A stretch of 64,000 nucleotides of DNA. Source: Spirochaetia bacterium. Lineage in GTDB: Bacteria > Spirochaetota > Spirochaetia > UBA9216. Each line of letters starts with the position of its first letter. Within the stretch, counting starts at the first letter, position 1. Below the pieces are notes generated by a model, which searched no databases, was not told where the DNA came from, and worked only from the letters and a program-made list of their open reading frames with translations. This document shows, piece after piece, positions 34,650-45,173 of the stretch. The translations under genes were made by a program, and so were the position numbers. The DNA lies in NCBI GenBank assembly GCA_963675665.1, contig OY776510.1:1440001-1504000 (forward strand), in the 5' to 3' direction.

Positions 34650-35021
34650 ATGAAAAAAAATATTCTGCTGGTATCAGGACATCTTTCGCTGTTATTCGGA
34701 ATTACCGGTATTTTTGTTCCTGTTCTTCCGACCACACCCTTTCTCCTGATTTCAGCTGCCTGCTATATGAAAGGTTCCGGCAGGATGTATAACTGGCTGG
34801 TGAATCATAAAGTTTTGGGAACATTCATAAAACAGTATTTTGAATACAGGGCTGTATCGCAAAGAACAAAATTGATCTCTATTGCGTTTCTATGGACGGG
34901 AATATCTATTTCAATTATTTTTTTCATCGAGTCGGCTTTAGTCAGAATAATAGTCTCCGCTGTTGCAGTCGGCGTTACAATCCATATTGCTAAAATTCGT
35001 AATCTGGATAAAAAAGATTAA
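34650..35021 (+). CDS. YbaN (DUF454) inner-membrane protein
   Basis: PVLPTTPFLL motif. Confidence 0.88.
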   Translation: MKKNILLVSGHLSLLFGITGIFVPVLPTTPFLLISAACYMKGSGRMYNWLVNHKVLGTFIKQYFEYRAVSQRTKLISIAFLWTGISISIIFFIESALVRIIVSAVAVGVTIHIAKIRNLDKKD

Positions 35022-35066
35022 GGTGAAATCAGGTTAATTTTTTGTCAGCTAATGTATAATAACTGC

Positions 35067-35435
35067 ATGAGCCTTTATTGGAGAGATATTGAGATTGTCC
35101 CCGGTATGATGCTGGACGTGGACTTCCTTCATCATGAAGTATTTAATAAAAAAGGAGAGCTGGTCAGAATCATGTGGAAGATCCTTTTTTTCGACAGCAG
35201 GACCGGCGATGATGCCTATATTGACTTTTCTTCCGGCCGGAAATACCCGATGGAGAAGGTCGTAAGGAAGAAAAGTCTGCAGAAAAAACTTGGGCGGGAA
35301 GAATTGCTCCAGCTTCCTTCAGGCACCGATTTCATGGTTGTTCAGGAATACCACGACGGTGAAGCTGCATTTAAACGATGTTATAATCTTGATATGCTGC
35401 ATGATATCCGGAATATCCGGGTTGCCGGTTCTTAA
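35067..35435 (+). CDS. Hypothetical protein (122 aa)
   Basis: Clean ORF; ATG lies 6 nt after TATAAT. Confidence 0.65.
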   Translation: MSLYWRDIEIVPGMMLDVDFLHHEVFNKKGELVRIMWKILFFDSRTGDDAYIDFSSGRKYPMEKVVRKKSLQKKLGREELLQLPSGTDFMVVQEYHDGEAAFKRCYNLDMLHDIRNIRVAGS

Positions 35436-35481
35436 CCGGGCGGGATGTTTACAAGTCATGTTGTTAGTTTTCCTTTAAAAA

Positions 35482-35495
35482 GGGAAACGTTTCCC
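35482..35495. promoter_or_regulatory. LacI-family operator (upstream of the regulator)
   Basis: Perfect palindrome GGGAAACGTTTCCC with the central AACGTT typical of LacI sites. Confidence 0.8.
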
Positions 35496-35547
35496 AATTG
35501 CCCGAAAAAACATTGATAAAAGTTTCTAAAATAAATATGATGTAAAT

Positions 35548-36510
35548 ATGAGTGTTACGATTAAAGATATTGTTAAGATATCCGGATACGGTCTCGGTAC
35601 GGTGTCCAGGGTTTTAAACGGAAGCCAGGGTGTAAAGGATTCGACCAGGGAAAAAATTCTTGAAGTTGCGCGAAGACTGGACTACAAACCCAACAAAATG
35701 GCTAAAATGCTGGTGTCCGGATATAATACAAACTCGACAATCGGAATTATTCTGCCCAAAATAACCCATAAATTCTCGTTGAAAATATTAGAGGGAATAT
35801 ACGCTTACGTAAATGAAAGAGGTTACAGTCTTCTGATCTTTAATGTCGGAAAGCAGCGTGAAGCAGTCTTCAGGCAGATTATGTATGCTGATTTTGCAGG
35901 TTTGCTGTCATTGGTAGATCCGCTTACGGATAACGAAAAAACCATGCTGAAAGATCATAATAATGATTTCATTTATCTGGATCTTCATGAGAAGGGCGAA
36001 AACTCCATTTTTTTTGATAATATGCATGGTGGTCAGCTGGCGGCGGATTATCTACTGGATAAAAATTGTAAAAAGATCAGTTTTATTGGAGATTTATCTG
36101 AATCCCAGCAGGAAAAGGAAAGATTTTCCGGTTTCAAGGCAAGACTGGATGATGCCGGAATGGAGATCTGTGACGAATATCGAATCCCCTATGATGAAAC
36201 TGAAGCCTATAACGTGACCAAGGATATCATTACGAAAAAAAGGACCGACGGAATTTTCTATTATTGCGACGTTCTGGCTCTGGGCGGACTTAAAGCCAAA
36301 CAGGAACTGTCTTCAGATATACGGCTGATTGGTTATGACGATATCAGTCCGACCGAATATGTAAATTTATCCACGGTCAGACAGGATGCTTCCGAACTGG
36401 GAGAGCTGGGAGCCGAGAAGATAATTGATCTTATAGAGCGCAGAAACCAGAGAAATGTAGAACCTGTAAACATCTGTCTCAAGCCGGAACTGATAGACAG
36501 GGGCAGCTGA
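35548..36510 (+). CDS. LacI-family transcriptional regulator
   Basis: TIKDIV...TVSRVLN HTH; IGYDD and LSTVRQ motifs. Confidence 0.95.
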   Translation: MSVTIKDIVKISGYGLGTVSRVLNGSQGVKDSTREKILEVARRLDYKPNKMAKMLVSGYNTNSTIGIILPKITHKFSLKILEGIYAYVNERGYSLLIFNVGKQREAVFRQIMYADFAGLLSLVDPLTDNEKTMLKDHNNDFIYLDLHEKGENSIFFDNMHGGQLAADYLLDKNCKKISFIGDLSESQQEKERFSGFKARLDDAGMEICDEYRIPYDETEAYNVTKDIITKKRTDGIFYYCDVLALGGLKAKQELSSDIRLIGYDDISPTEYVNLSTVRQDASELGELGAEKIIDLIERRNQRNVEPVNICLKPELIDRGS

Positions 36511-36556
36511 TTAACCAGTAGTATGATGATAAATCCCGAATAATTACAATTTTTAT

Positions 36557-36610
36557 TTGACAAAGGGAATAAGTCGGGGTATTATCTTTCAATGGAACGG
36601 AAACGTTTCC
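36557..36610 (+). promoter_or_regulatory. sigma70 promoter plus LacI operator of the sugar operon
   Basis: TTGACA-17-TATTAT followed by GGAAACGTTTCC at 36599-36610. Confidence 0.8.
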
Positions 36611-36637
36611 ATTTAAATAAACCGAAATGATATGTAA

Positions 36638-37981
36638 ATGATTAGCGATTCTGATGCGTTTAAAACAAACAAAGCCCCCCATATTATTATGGTTACAAAC
36701 CATGGAGTTCATGAATGGAAGATTGTTCCCGGGCTGAAGGATACCGGAGGTCAGAATATTTTTGTCAATCAATTTGCCGATGCGCTTGTGCTGTTCGGTT
36801 TTAAAGTGACCATTGTAAACCGGGGAGGGTATCCGCACCCGGTTACCGGAAAAATGCAGACCGGAACGGAGTTTAAAGACGAATCACGGCGGATTATCTA
36901 TCTTGAAGACGGCCACCCCGGGTTTATACGAAAAGAAGATATGCATGAGCAGGTGACAGCGCTGTCGGATAACCTGCTGAAAATGATTGAGGCAGAATCT
37001 GTTCCGCCGAAAATGATTATCTCGCATTACTGGGATGCGGCCGCTGTTGTTGTCAGGGCATTGGAAAGAATTGAAACACCCGTAAAGCATATCTGGATTC
37101 CTCACTCGCTGGGCGGGATTAAAAGAAAGAAAACAACTGAAAAAGAAAATGAAAATTTACGAATGGCAGAGCGGCTAAAAGCTGAAAATGAAATACTCAG
37201 GTCTGTAGAAACAGTTGTAGCAACCTCGGAGAAAATAAGGATTTCGTTAAGGCAGGATTACGGGTTTAATGGAAAAATTGCATTTATTCCCCCGTGTATT
37301 GAGGTTGAACGTTATCATCCGTTTCAAGTCGATGCTGACGATCCGGTTTACAGGATCCTTGCTGAGGGTGTTTCTGGTAATAACGCGACAGATTTTCATA
37401 ACGGTTTAATCGTGACTGAAATCAGCCGTACGGATAAAACAAAACGCAAGGATATATTAATCAGGGCTTTTGCTGAAATAGCTGACGAATTCCCGCTGTT
37501 ATTTCTTGCGATAACGATCGACAGACAAAGCCCGACGGGCAAAGAGTTGCTTAAACTGATTGACAAGCTGGGGATTGTTTCAAGAGTTGCAGTTCTCGGT
37601 TCAGTCTGGGAATACCTGCCTGCGCTGTACAATATTACGGATGTTTACTGTTCCCCGTCGGTCATGGAAGGCTTCGGAATGTCGGTTCAGGAAGCGGCAG
37701 CCTGCCGGACGGCTGTCGTAACCAGTGATTTAATTCCGTTTGCCGTTGAGTATCTTGTCGCTCAAAGTTCTGACGCCGCAGGCGCCGGGGCGCTGATTGT
37801 TGAAGCGGATGATATTCAAGGTTTTGCCGTGGCCCTGAGAAAGGTCCTTTCCAATACAGGATTCCGGGATGAAACGGCGGAAAATGCATACAGACGGACA
37901 ATACCTGATTTCACCTGGAACAGGGCTGTTTCCGGTTTTTTCCGGGATATCGGGTTTAAACCTGAGGAGACCGGCGTATGA
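36638..37981 (+). CDS. GT4 glycosyltransferase, sucrose(-phosphate) synthase-like
   Basis: DTGGQ, ISHYWDA, HSLG and EGFGMSVQEAAAC motifs. Confidence 0.85.
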   Translation: MISDSDAFKTNKAPHIIMVTNHGVHEWKIVPGLKDTGGQNIFVNQFADALVLFGFKVTIVNRGGYPHPVTGKMQTGTEFKDESRRIIYLEDGHPGFIRKEDMHEQVTALSDNLLKMIEAESVPPKMIISHYWDAAAVVVRALERIETPVKHIWIPHSLGGIKRKKTTEKENENLRMAERLKAENEILRSVETVVATSEKIRISLRQDYGFNGKIAFIPPCIEVERYHPFQVDADDPVYRILAEGVSGNNATDFHNGLIVTEISRTDKTKRKDILIRAFAEIADEFPLLFLAITIDRQSPTGKELLKLIDKLGIVSRVAVLGSVWEYLPALYNITDVYCSPSVMEGFGMSVQEAAACRTAVVTSDLIPFAVEYLVAQSSDAAGAGALIVEADDIQGFAVALRKVLSNTGFRDETAENAYRRTIPDFTWNRAVSGFFRDIGFKPEETGV

Positions 37982-39054
37982 ACGGCGGCATCGGTTTTGA
38001 TTTCATGAAAAGTTTAACCCAGAGTGAAGATATTACTTCGCTCACCGCCGATAAACTGGTTTCGTATTTCCGCGAAGACGAACAGATCTGCAATTATTTA
38101 CCTGAGATACAGGTTGCCAGGGATCCGAGAACTGATAACTATGTTGTTTTTAATGCAAAGCGGGCGTCCCGGCCCAAAGATAATACGCAGTCTGCAAACA
38201 GGGAGATTCCCGAATGCGTAATCTGCAGCGGAAAAACCACCGGCATTCTTGATCTGAAAAAGTTGAGCAGCGGGTACACCTTTATAAATAAGAACCTTTT
38301 CCCGATTCTTTATCCCCATGATTACCCGGTGCAGGCAGAGATGTCCGCAGGGTTTCACTTCCTTCAGTGGACAAGCTCTTTTCATGATAACGACTGGACC
38401 AATATGCCGGTAAAGGATCTGGCTGTCGTACTTGGCCGGACTGCCGCCGTTGAGGGATGGCTGCTTGAAAACAGCAGCCGGTTTTTCCAGGAAACCGGAA
38501 AAGGGTGGGTCTCCGTAATCAAGAATTACGGTAAAGCAGTCGGCGGCTCACTTAAGCATGATCACCAGCAGATAGGTTTCAGCTCGGTAATGCCGGGAAG
38601 AGTAAAAAGGAATATTGATTTCCTGAATGAAAACGGAATGAGTTTTTCGTCTTATCTGCTTGCGAAAAATCCGTCGTCCCTGACGCTTAAGGATTACGGA
38701 ACAGTAAAGCTTGTTGTTCCCTACTATATGGAACGTCCGCTGAATATGACGCTGATAGTAAAGGAAAGCGGAAAGGATTTTCTTTTTCAGCTTGATGACA
38801 AAGAGATTTCAGATACGGCTCAGGCCTGGTCTGATGCTGTTTCCGCAATTATGGAAATAATGCCGGCAATCGGCAGAGAGCCCGCATTTAATATTGTTTC
38901 CAATACCGGCGCGGGAATATATTTTGATTTTCTGCCCTTCACCCAGGAATTCGGAGGGTTTGAGCATTCCGGACTTTACCTCTGCCAGATGACCCCTGAT
39001 CAGGCACATCGGCTGATCAGCGAAAAGATTGAAAAGCGGAGTTATTCAGCATGA
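37978..39054 (+). CDS. GalT/HIT-like sugar-phosphate nucleotidyltransferase
   Basis: RASRP, CVIC, NLFP and the HxHxQ motif GGSLKHDHQQI. Confidence 0.8.
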   Translation: MNGGIGFDFMKSLTQSEDITSLTADKLVSYFREDEQICNYLPEIQVARDPRTDNYVVFNAKRASRPKDNTQSANREIPECVICSGKTTGILDLKKLSSGYTFINKNLFPILYPHDYPVQAEMSAGFHFLQWTSSFHDNDWTNMPVKDLAVVLGRTAAVEGWLLENSSRFFQETGKGWVSVIKNYGKAVGGSLKHDHQQIGFSSVMPGRVKRNIDFLNENGMSFSSYLLAKNPSSLTLKDYGTVKLVVPYYMERPLNMTLIVKESGKDFLFQLDDKEISDTAQAWSDAVSAIMEIMPAIGREPAFNIVSNTGAGIYFDFLPFTQEFGGFEHSGLYLCQMTPDQAHRLISEKIEKRSYSA

Positions 39055-39686
39055 TAGGCGACAAACTGGTTATAAAGAAAAAGCATACAGACAGGGCCGT
39101 CGAGATTACCGGGATCCTTAAACAAAATTATAAAAAGAACCGGGTGGTAAGCGTTTCCGGGGAATCCGGCGCCGGAAAGTCCGAAATGGCGCTTGAAATC
39201 CGCCGGCTTTTAACCGGGGACGGCATAAAAGCGGAGATTCTTCAGCAGGACGACTACTTCGTTTTTCCGCCGAAAACAAACGCCCGAATGCGGAGGAATA
39301 ATATTGAGCAGGTGGGTCTCTACGAGGTTAAACTCGATTTTCTTGATTCAAATCTGCGATCATTCAAGAAGGGCGAAGGGATCATCTATAAACCGCTGGT
39401 TGATTTTGACGCCGACAGCATTTCCTGTGAAGAGCTTGATCTTTCCGGGACAGAGGTCCTTATAGTTGAAGGCACCTTTACGTCCAGTCTTGATTTTGTT
39501 GATTACAGGATTTTTATTGATTGTAATTTCAGGCAAACTTTGGAGGCAAGGAGAGAGCGGAACCGGGAAGAGTTCGACGGGTTTATTGAAGATGTTCTTG
39601 TGCGTGAACATGAAATAATTAAAGAGCATAAATCATTGGCTGATATTGTGATTGCTTCTGATTACGGAAGCATAACCATAAAGTAA
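39051..39686 (+). CDS. Uridine kinase/phosphoribulokinase-like P-loop kinase
   Basis: GESGAGKS, QDDYF and LIVEG motifs. Confidence 0.8.
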   Translation: MIGDKLVIKKKHTDRAVEITGILKQNYKKNRVVSVSGESGAGKSEMALEIRRLLTGDGIKAEILQQDDYFVFPPKTNARMRRNNIEQVGLYEVKLDFLDSNLRSFKKGEGIIYKPLVDFDADSISCEELDLSGTEVLIVEGTFTSSLDFVDYRIFIDCNFRQTLEARRERNREEFDGFIEDVLVREHEIIKEHKSLADIVIASDYGSITIK

Positions 39687-39709
39687 ATAAAAAATCTTAT
39701 GGAGGTAAG

Positions 39710-41008
39710 ATGATGAAGAAAGTATCGTTAGTGTTGCTGATAATATTGACGGCAATACCTCTGTTTGCGGGAGGGCAGCAGGAAGCTGCTGAAGCAGACG
39801 GACCGGTTACTATCGAAGTATGGTTCCACTCCGGTAAGGGGGAAGAACGCGAAGTACTGAATACCCAGATTGAGGAATTCAATTCGATGCAGGACGAGGT
39901 GTTTGTTAATGCAACAATGCTGCCCGAAGGTTCATATAACGACCAGGTAAGCGCCGCTGCCCTTGCCGGCGATCTTCCGGACTTGCTGGATTTTGACGGA
40001 CCCTACGTTTATAACTATGCATGGGCCGGGCACATTATTCCGATGGACGGGTATATCTCCGCTGAAATGAAAGCCGATATACTTCCTTCGCTTATCGCCC
40101 AGGGAACTTACGAAGGAAAACTGTATGCGCTTGGAACATTCGATTCCGGCTTAAGCATTTGGGCAAATAAGGCCTATCTTGAAAAAGCAGGGGTGAGAAT
40201 ACCGACTTCAATGGAAGACAGGTGGTCTTTTGCTGAGTTTAATGATGCTCTGGCAAAACTGAAAGCTCTTCCCGAAACTGATTATGTAATTGATCTCAAG
40301 ATGGATTATGGCCAGGGTGAATGGTATGCGTACGGATTCTCCCCGATTGTTCAGGCTTTCGGCGGGGATTTGATTGACCGAAGCGATTACCAGTCTGCCG
40401 AAGGCGTCATAAACGGGCCCGAAGCAGTTGCTGCAATGGAATGGTTCCAGGATCTGTTCAACAAAGGATACGCAGTTGCACAGCCCGCAGGAGATGATGA
40501 TTTTTACGGTAAGAAAAACTGTGCATTGGCGCTGGTAGGACATTGGATGTGGCAGCCGCACAGCCAGGGACTTGGAGATGATCTGGTTCTGTTGCCGATG
40601 CCGGAAATGAAAAAAACCGCTGTAACCGGAATGGGTTCATGGTGCTGGGGTCTTACCTCGCAGAGTAAGAATCCCGACGCAGCCTGGAAATTTCTTGAAT
40701 ATATCATGCAGCCCAGCCAGACCTTGTTCATGAGCAATGGAAACGGGGCTGTTCCGGCAAGAATATCCGCCCTTGCACGCTCATCGCTATACGGTAAAGG
40801 CGCTCCTCTGGAAGTTTTTACCCAGCAGTTAAATTCAGATGTTGCAGTTCCGCGGCCGGTCACGCCTGCTTACCCTGTAATATCAAGCGCTTTTGCCGAG
40901 GCAGTTCAGAATATCATTACCGGCGCTGATGTAAAATCAGAACTCGACAGAGCCGCTGCAATAATTGACCAGGATATCGAAGACAATTCAGGATATCCTC
41001 TTAAATAA
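39710..41008 (+). CDS. Sugar ABC transporter substrate-binding protein (CUT1)
   Basis: Signal peptide with AGGQQE; GDLPD and AAWKFLEY motifs. Confidence 0.92.
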   Translation: MMKKVSLVLLIILTAIPLFAGGQQEAAEADGPVTIEVWFHSGKGEEREVLNTQIEEFNSMQDEVFVNATMLPEGSYNDQVSAAALAGDLPDLLDFDGPYVYNYAWAGHIIPMDGYISAEMKADILPSLIAQGTYEGKLYALGTFDSGLSIWANKAYLEKAGVRIPTSMEDRWSFAEFNDALAKLKALPETDYVIDLKMDYGQGEWYAYGFSPIVQAFGGDLIDRSDYQSAEGVINGPEAVAAMEWFQDLFNKGYAVAQPAGDDDFYGKKNCALALVGHWMWQPHSQGLGDDLVLLPMPEMKKTAVTGMGSWCWGLTSQSKNPDAAWKFLEYIMQPSQTLFMSNGNGAVPARISALARSSLYGKGAPLEVFTQQLNSDVAVPRPVTPAYPVISSAFAEAVQNIITGADVKSELDRAAAIIDQDIEDNSGYPLK

Positions 41009-41019
41009 ATAAAAAAATA

Positions 41020-41043
41020 GTCCCGTACTTTTATGTACGGGAC
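41020..41043 (+). terminator. Intercistronic stem-loop after the binding-protein gene
   Basis: GTCCCGTAC-N6-GTACGGGAC followed by CTTTT. Confidence 0.65.
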
Positions 41044-41062
41044 CTTTTCCCAAGGAAAAAAA

Positions 41063-41980
41063 ATGAGTAAACAGGAAAAAATCCAGAATTTAAGAAAAAA
41101 AGAAGAACTTTCAGCATGGCTGTTTTGTGCGCCGGCGCTGATTTTGCTTTTTGTTTTTTTAATTTTACCGTTTATTCTGGCATTTATATTTTCTTTTACC
41201 GATCAGCGGCTTATACCCAATAAAAATCTGCCAACTGCATTTGTCGGGTTAAGGAATTTTATAAGGCTTGCCCAGGATTCGAATTTTCATACGGCATTGA
41301 AAAATAATTTTATATTTGTAATAGTCGTTGTCCCGGTTCAGACCGCTTTTGCCCTTGGGCTGGCCATGCTTATAAACCAGAAAGTAAAATTCGTGAATTT
41401 TTTCAGAACGGTTTATTTCAGCCCGGTTGTAACTACAATGGTAGTTGTTGCAATTGTCTGGTCGTTTCTTTATCACCCTGAAGCGGGGTTTATAAATAAA
41501 ATAATAAGCTTTATCAGCTTTGGAGCAGTTACTGAAATCTCCTGGCTGAAAGATCCCGATTATGCAATGGCAGCCATTATAATTCTTTCCGTCTGGCAGG
41601 GGGTAGGTTTCCAGATGATAATCTATCTTGCCGGTTTACAGGATATACCCCAGGAGTTGTATGAATCGGCAATGATGGACGGGGCCGGACCATGGAGACG
41701 GTTCCGTAATGTGACAATTCCCCAGCTTCGTAATACAACCATTTTTGTCGCCACATCAACGACAATCCTGGCCTTTAAGTTGTTTACGCAGGTTTGGGTT
41801 CTTACCAAGGGAGGGCCTCAGAACGCGACAATAACATCGATTGTTTATCTGTACAAACAGGGATTTAAACAGCTGAAGGTAGGTTATGCATCATCCATTG
41901 CGATAATCTTCTTTTTAATCGTTCTGATCATATCGCTTATACAGCGGAAATTTATAAAAGAGGAGAGAGCAATTGACTAA
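41063..41980 (+). CDS. Sugar ABC transporter permease
   Basis: LAGLQDIPQELYESAMMDGA EAA loop. Confidence 0.93.
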   Translation: MSKQEKIQNLRKKEELSAWLFCAPALILLFVFLILPFILAFIFSFTDQRLIPNKNLPTAFVGLRNFIRLAQDSNFHTALKNNFIFVIVVVPVQTAFALGLAMLINQKVKFVNFFRTVYFSPVVTTMVVVAIVWSFLYHPEAGFINKIISFISFGAVTEISWLKDPDYAMAAIIILSVWQGVGFQMIIYLAGLQDIPQELYESAMMDGAGPWRRFRNVTIPQLRNTTIFVATSTTILAFKLFTQVWVLTKGGPQNATITSIVYLYKQGFKQLKVGYASSIAIIFFLIVLIISLIQRKFIKEERAID

Positions 41981-42821
41981 TCATACAGGTAAAATGGTAA
42001 AAAAAACCTTACAGTACATTTTAATGTGCGCTCTTGTTGTTTTCTTTCTGTTTCCGATTGTCTTCATGTTTGTCTCTTCCCTGAAAAATAATGAAACGCA
42101 GATTATCAGCGATATGAGCAGTTTTAAAGGATTTATTCCGTACGGCGATATCGGGTTTAAAAACTATAAAGACGTTTTTGATCAGATGAGATTCGGCCGG
42201 TTCCTGTTTAATTCAGTCTTTATTACCACCACAGCGGTAGTATGCGGATTAATTGTAAACAGTCTTATTGCTTTCGCGCTTGCAAGGCTCAGGTTTAAAG
42301 GCAGAAATCTGCTTGTTGCTGTAATTATTGCATTGATAATAGTGCCTAATGAAGCAGTGGTTATACCTTTACTTTTTATAGTTAATAAATTCGGCTGGAT
42401 AGACAGTTATCATGTTCAGATAATACCCTATATAGCGGACCCCTTTTCGATATTTCTCTTCTATCAGTTTTTTATCTCTCTGCCCGGGGCCCTCGATGAA
42501 GCCGCAAAGATCGACGGAGCTTCATCATTACAGGTTTTTGTCAAAATTATTGTGCCGCTATCCAAACCTATTTACGCAACTGTTGCAATTCTGCAGGGAA
42601 TTATGCGCTGGGGAGAATTTCTCTGGCCGCTGATAGTAACCCGGGGAGAGGAATACCGGCCCCTGCCAATCGCAATTCAGCAGTTTTTCAGCCAGGATCC
42701 CAAAGTCTGGGGAGACCTGTTTGCTTTTGCATCAATGATTACAATTCCGCTTCTTATACTCTTCCTTGTTTTTCAGAAATGGTTTGTTCAGTCGGTTGCT
42801 TCAAGCGGGATAAAAAGCTGA
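41973..42821 (+). CDS. Sugar ABC transporter permease
   Basis: LDEAAKIDGAS EAA loop and WGEFLWPL. Confidence 0.93.
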   Translation: MTNHTGKMVKKTLQYILMCALVVFFLFPIVFMFVSSLKNNETQIISDMSSFKGFIPYGDIGFKNYKDVFDQMRFGRFLFNSVFITTTAVVCGLIVNSLIAFALARLRFKGRNLLVAVIIALIIVPNEAVVIPLLFIVNKFGWIDSYHVQIIPYIADPFSIFLFYQFFISLPGALDEAAKIDGASSLQVFVKIIVPLSKPIYATVAILQGIMRWGEFLWPLIVTRGEEYRPLPIAIQQFFSQDPKVWGDLFAFASMITIPLLILFLVFQKWFVQSVASSGIKS

Positions 42822-42875
42822 AAAACGGTTTTTAACAGGGGGCTCCGGGTAACCGTCTCGTGAAACTGTCTTGGA

Positions 42876-44030
42876 TCAAATCGAAACAAGTGAGCCGAGC
42901 CCCATCAGGACCGCCATAATTATAAGAATGACAAGTATTATGGGATGGCCCCATCTGCCCAGAGTCCATTGAGGGTCTTTGACCGGGCCCTCTTTCTTCG
43001 CCATTAAATACAGCGGAACAGTCACAAAAACGAGAATCAGCGCGACAATGCCCGCTGCTATCGTCAGAAACCCGATAAAGCTGAATAAGCCCGTAAATGT
43101 GAGCAGAAGCGGCGGCAGGGTGGCCGACAGCCATGACAGACGTGCGCCTGCGCCAGTTCTTTCACTGATTATGTCGGCGAGCGCAAGCGAGACAGACCAG
43201 AAGCTGGTCAGCATGGCAAGGATGATGAAAAGCGATCCGGCTGTCTGTACCACTTTTCCTGCGGCCTGCCCGATGCCGACTATCGCTATCCCGGTAACGG
43301 ATCCGGATATACCCATTGCTGTTATTGTGAAAAAGAAAATCAGCATGCAATTAAGGCTTGTCCCCAGGATCACTGCGCCGACCGCAGCCTTTCTGTTGTG
43401 AGATAGCCCCTTTACTGCCTGGGGTACTGCAAAAAAGGAAAATAAGCTGTACATCACCATTCCGTAGAGAGCAAGGACGGATTTTGCACCGCCGGTGAAT
43501 GAAAGGTCAATACTGAAAGGAATCTTTACGGTTCCCGTGAGAATAATTATAACCATGATAATAATTCCGAAGAGCGCGTATTTTTCGAAAATTCCCACGT
43601 TTTTAAGACCGAAGAATATAACGGCTGCCGAGAGCAGGTAGAGACTTGTTCTCGAAATCGGGTTGGGCAGTCCTGTGAGTTCCGCCAGGATCTCCCCGCT
43701 GCCCTGCAGGTAGGCTGAAAGATTTGCCAGAAACGAGAGCAGCAGAAAAACGAATAAAACCTGGAGCACGTAAAGACCGATCCTGCCCCGGAATACATAA
43801 CGGCGTATTAATTCGACTATCTGGTTGTCGCTTCCGTCGCGGAACATTACTTCCACCAGCATAAGGTGAATAAGCAGGTTGAAGCCGTATGCGGCAAGCA
43901 GTATCAGTAAAAATGAAACAAAACCGCTTGCAGAGGCAAGAAACGGAACTGCCATGATTCCGCCCCCTACGCCTGATCCCATCACAATCGATGAGGCTTC
44001 AAGAAACGACAATTGACGGCTTTTTTTCAC
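42876..44030 (-). CDS. Aromatic amino acid/HAAAP-like permease
   Basis: GSGVGGGIMAVP in TM1; about 11 TMs. Confidence 0.75.
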   Translation of the reverse strand: MKKSRQLSFLEASSIVMGSGVGGGIMAVPFLASASGFVSFLLILLAAYGFNLLIHLMLVEVMFRDGSDNQIVELIRRYVFRGRIGLYVLQVLFVFLLLSFLANLSAYLQGSGEILAELTGLPNPISRTSLYLLSAAVIFFGLKNVGIFEKYALFGIIIMVIIILTGTVKIPFSIDLSFTGGAKSVLALYGMVMYSLFSFFAVPQAVKGLSHNRKAAVGAVILGTSLNCMLIFFFTITAMGISGSVTGIAIVGIGQAAGKVVQTAGSLFIILAMLTSFWSVSLALADIISERTGAGARLSWLSATLPPLLLTFTGLFSFIGFLTIAAGIVALILVFVTVPLYLMAKKEGPVKDPQWTLGRWGHPIILVILIIMAVLMGLGSLVSI

Positions 44031-44042
44031 TACGCATGCTCC

Positions 44043-45173
44043 TTACAATGCAGCTATCTCAATGTACGGGGCCTGTCCTGCCCGGTAGAGATCTTCAACA
44101 AGTCCGCCGGGGAGGTCCCCATCCAGAGAAAACATAAATATGCTGCTTTTGTATGAAATGTGTCTGTATTTTTTTAATGTCTCAAGCAGCGGGTTCTTTT
44201 CAGAGAGACCTGCAAGAAGATAGTGTTTGCCGCGCTCCACGGCAATGTTATAGATGCTCTCGAGAAGGGCTTTAAACACTGAAGGCTCATTGTCTTTTAT
44301 ACAGACAAATGCCGCGTATGCCGATTTAATACAGCCGCCGATTTCCGGGAGGGGATGAAGGCCTGTAAACGGTCTGAGCAGGCTTGCCGCTGTATTAAAA
44401 AACGGTTTGATTAGCCGCAGCGAACGGGCGTATGAAGTAACCGCGGTTTGCTTGTAGGCGGACTGGTCCCAGTAGCCTGTTGTTCCGATGATTTCCTGAC
44501 CATCGAATGCAATTCTCATATCCTCCAGTCTGAATCCCCGGGTTAAACCGTTTTCGGTGAAGTCTTTCCTGCAATAACAGGGGTGCAGCATTTTGCGGGA
44601 GCCTTCGCGGTTTAAAAAGTCTATAATGTCGTCAAGAAGGCCGGGCGAGCCTTTACGGATCACCGGTGATGTTTTTTCCGACTTCTTTTTTCCCCCTACT
44701 GAGATCCCGGCGGTATAGATTTCACCGATCCCGGCTGACCTGGGAAAAGACGGTCTGGGGCGTTCGCTGAAAATCCGTCTTGCCGTCGCATTCCCTTCCG
44801 AAACTACCGAGAAATACAGTTTCGGTTCCGTTTCCGCCTCTTTCTCACGCAGAAATCCCATTGCCTTCAGCGGCAGAAAATGGCCCGTGTATTTTCCCGC
44901 TACCCTGAGGCTGCCGAGGTAGCCGACGGTTTTCACTTTGCCGTTTATATACCTTGGCATATCGGCTGTTACCAGAAGAAATGCCGGCTCTCCGTTCTCA
45001 TCATTTCTTCCAAGGTAAACCCTGTGGCTGCGGCCGGAAACAGTACAGCCGTGAAAAAAATCAGGCTCCCGTCTGAAAGATGCGCCGATCCTGCCGGGCA
45101 TGGAGCATTCGGCAAGCATTTTTCTGATGTCATTATCATCATCTGTATCTGCCAAAAAAAAACTGAATTTCAT
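44043..45173 (-). CDS. Putative tandem-GNAT acyltransferase-like protein
   Basis: YINGKVKTVGYLGSLRV (GNAT motif A-like), FRREPDFF and WDQSAYKQT. Confidence 0.55.
   Translation of the reverse strand: MKFSFFLADTDDDNDIRKMLAECSMPGRIGASFRREPDFFHGCTVSGRSHRVYLGRNDENGEPAFLLVTADMPRYINGKVKTVGYLGSLRVAGKYTGHFLPLKAMGFLREKEAETEPKLYFSVVSEGNATARRIFSERPRPSFPRSAGIGEIYTAGISVGGKKKSEKTSPVIRKGSPGLLDDIIDFLNREGSRKMLHPCYCRKDFTENGLTRGFRLEDMRIAFDGQEIIGTTGYWDQSAYKQTAVTSYARSLRLIKPFFNTAASLLRPFTGLHPLPEIGGCIKSAYAAFVCIKDNEPSVFKALLESIYNIAVERGKHYLLAGLSEKNPLLETLKKYRHISYKSSIFMFSLDGDLPGGLVEDLYRAGQAPYIEIAAL

Noticed and set aside
39710-42821. Sugar ABC transporter lacking an ATPase gene
   Set aside because: CUT1 systems commonly share an MsmK/MalK-type ATPase encoded elsewhere.
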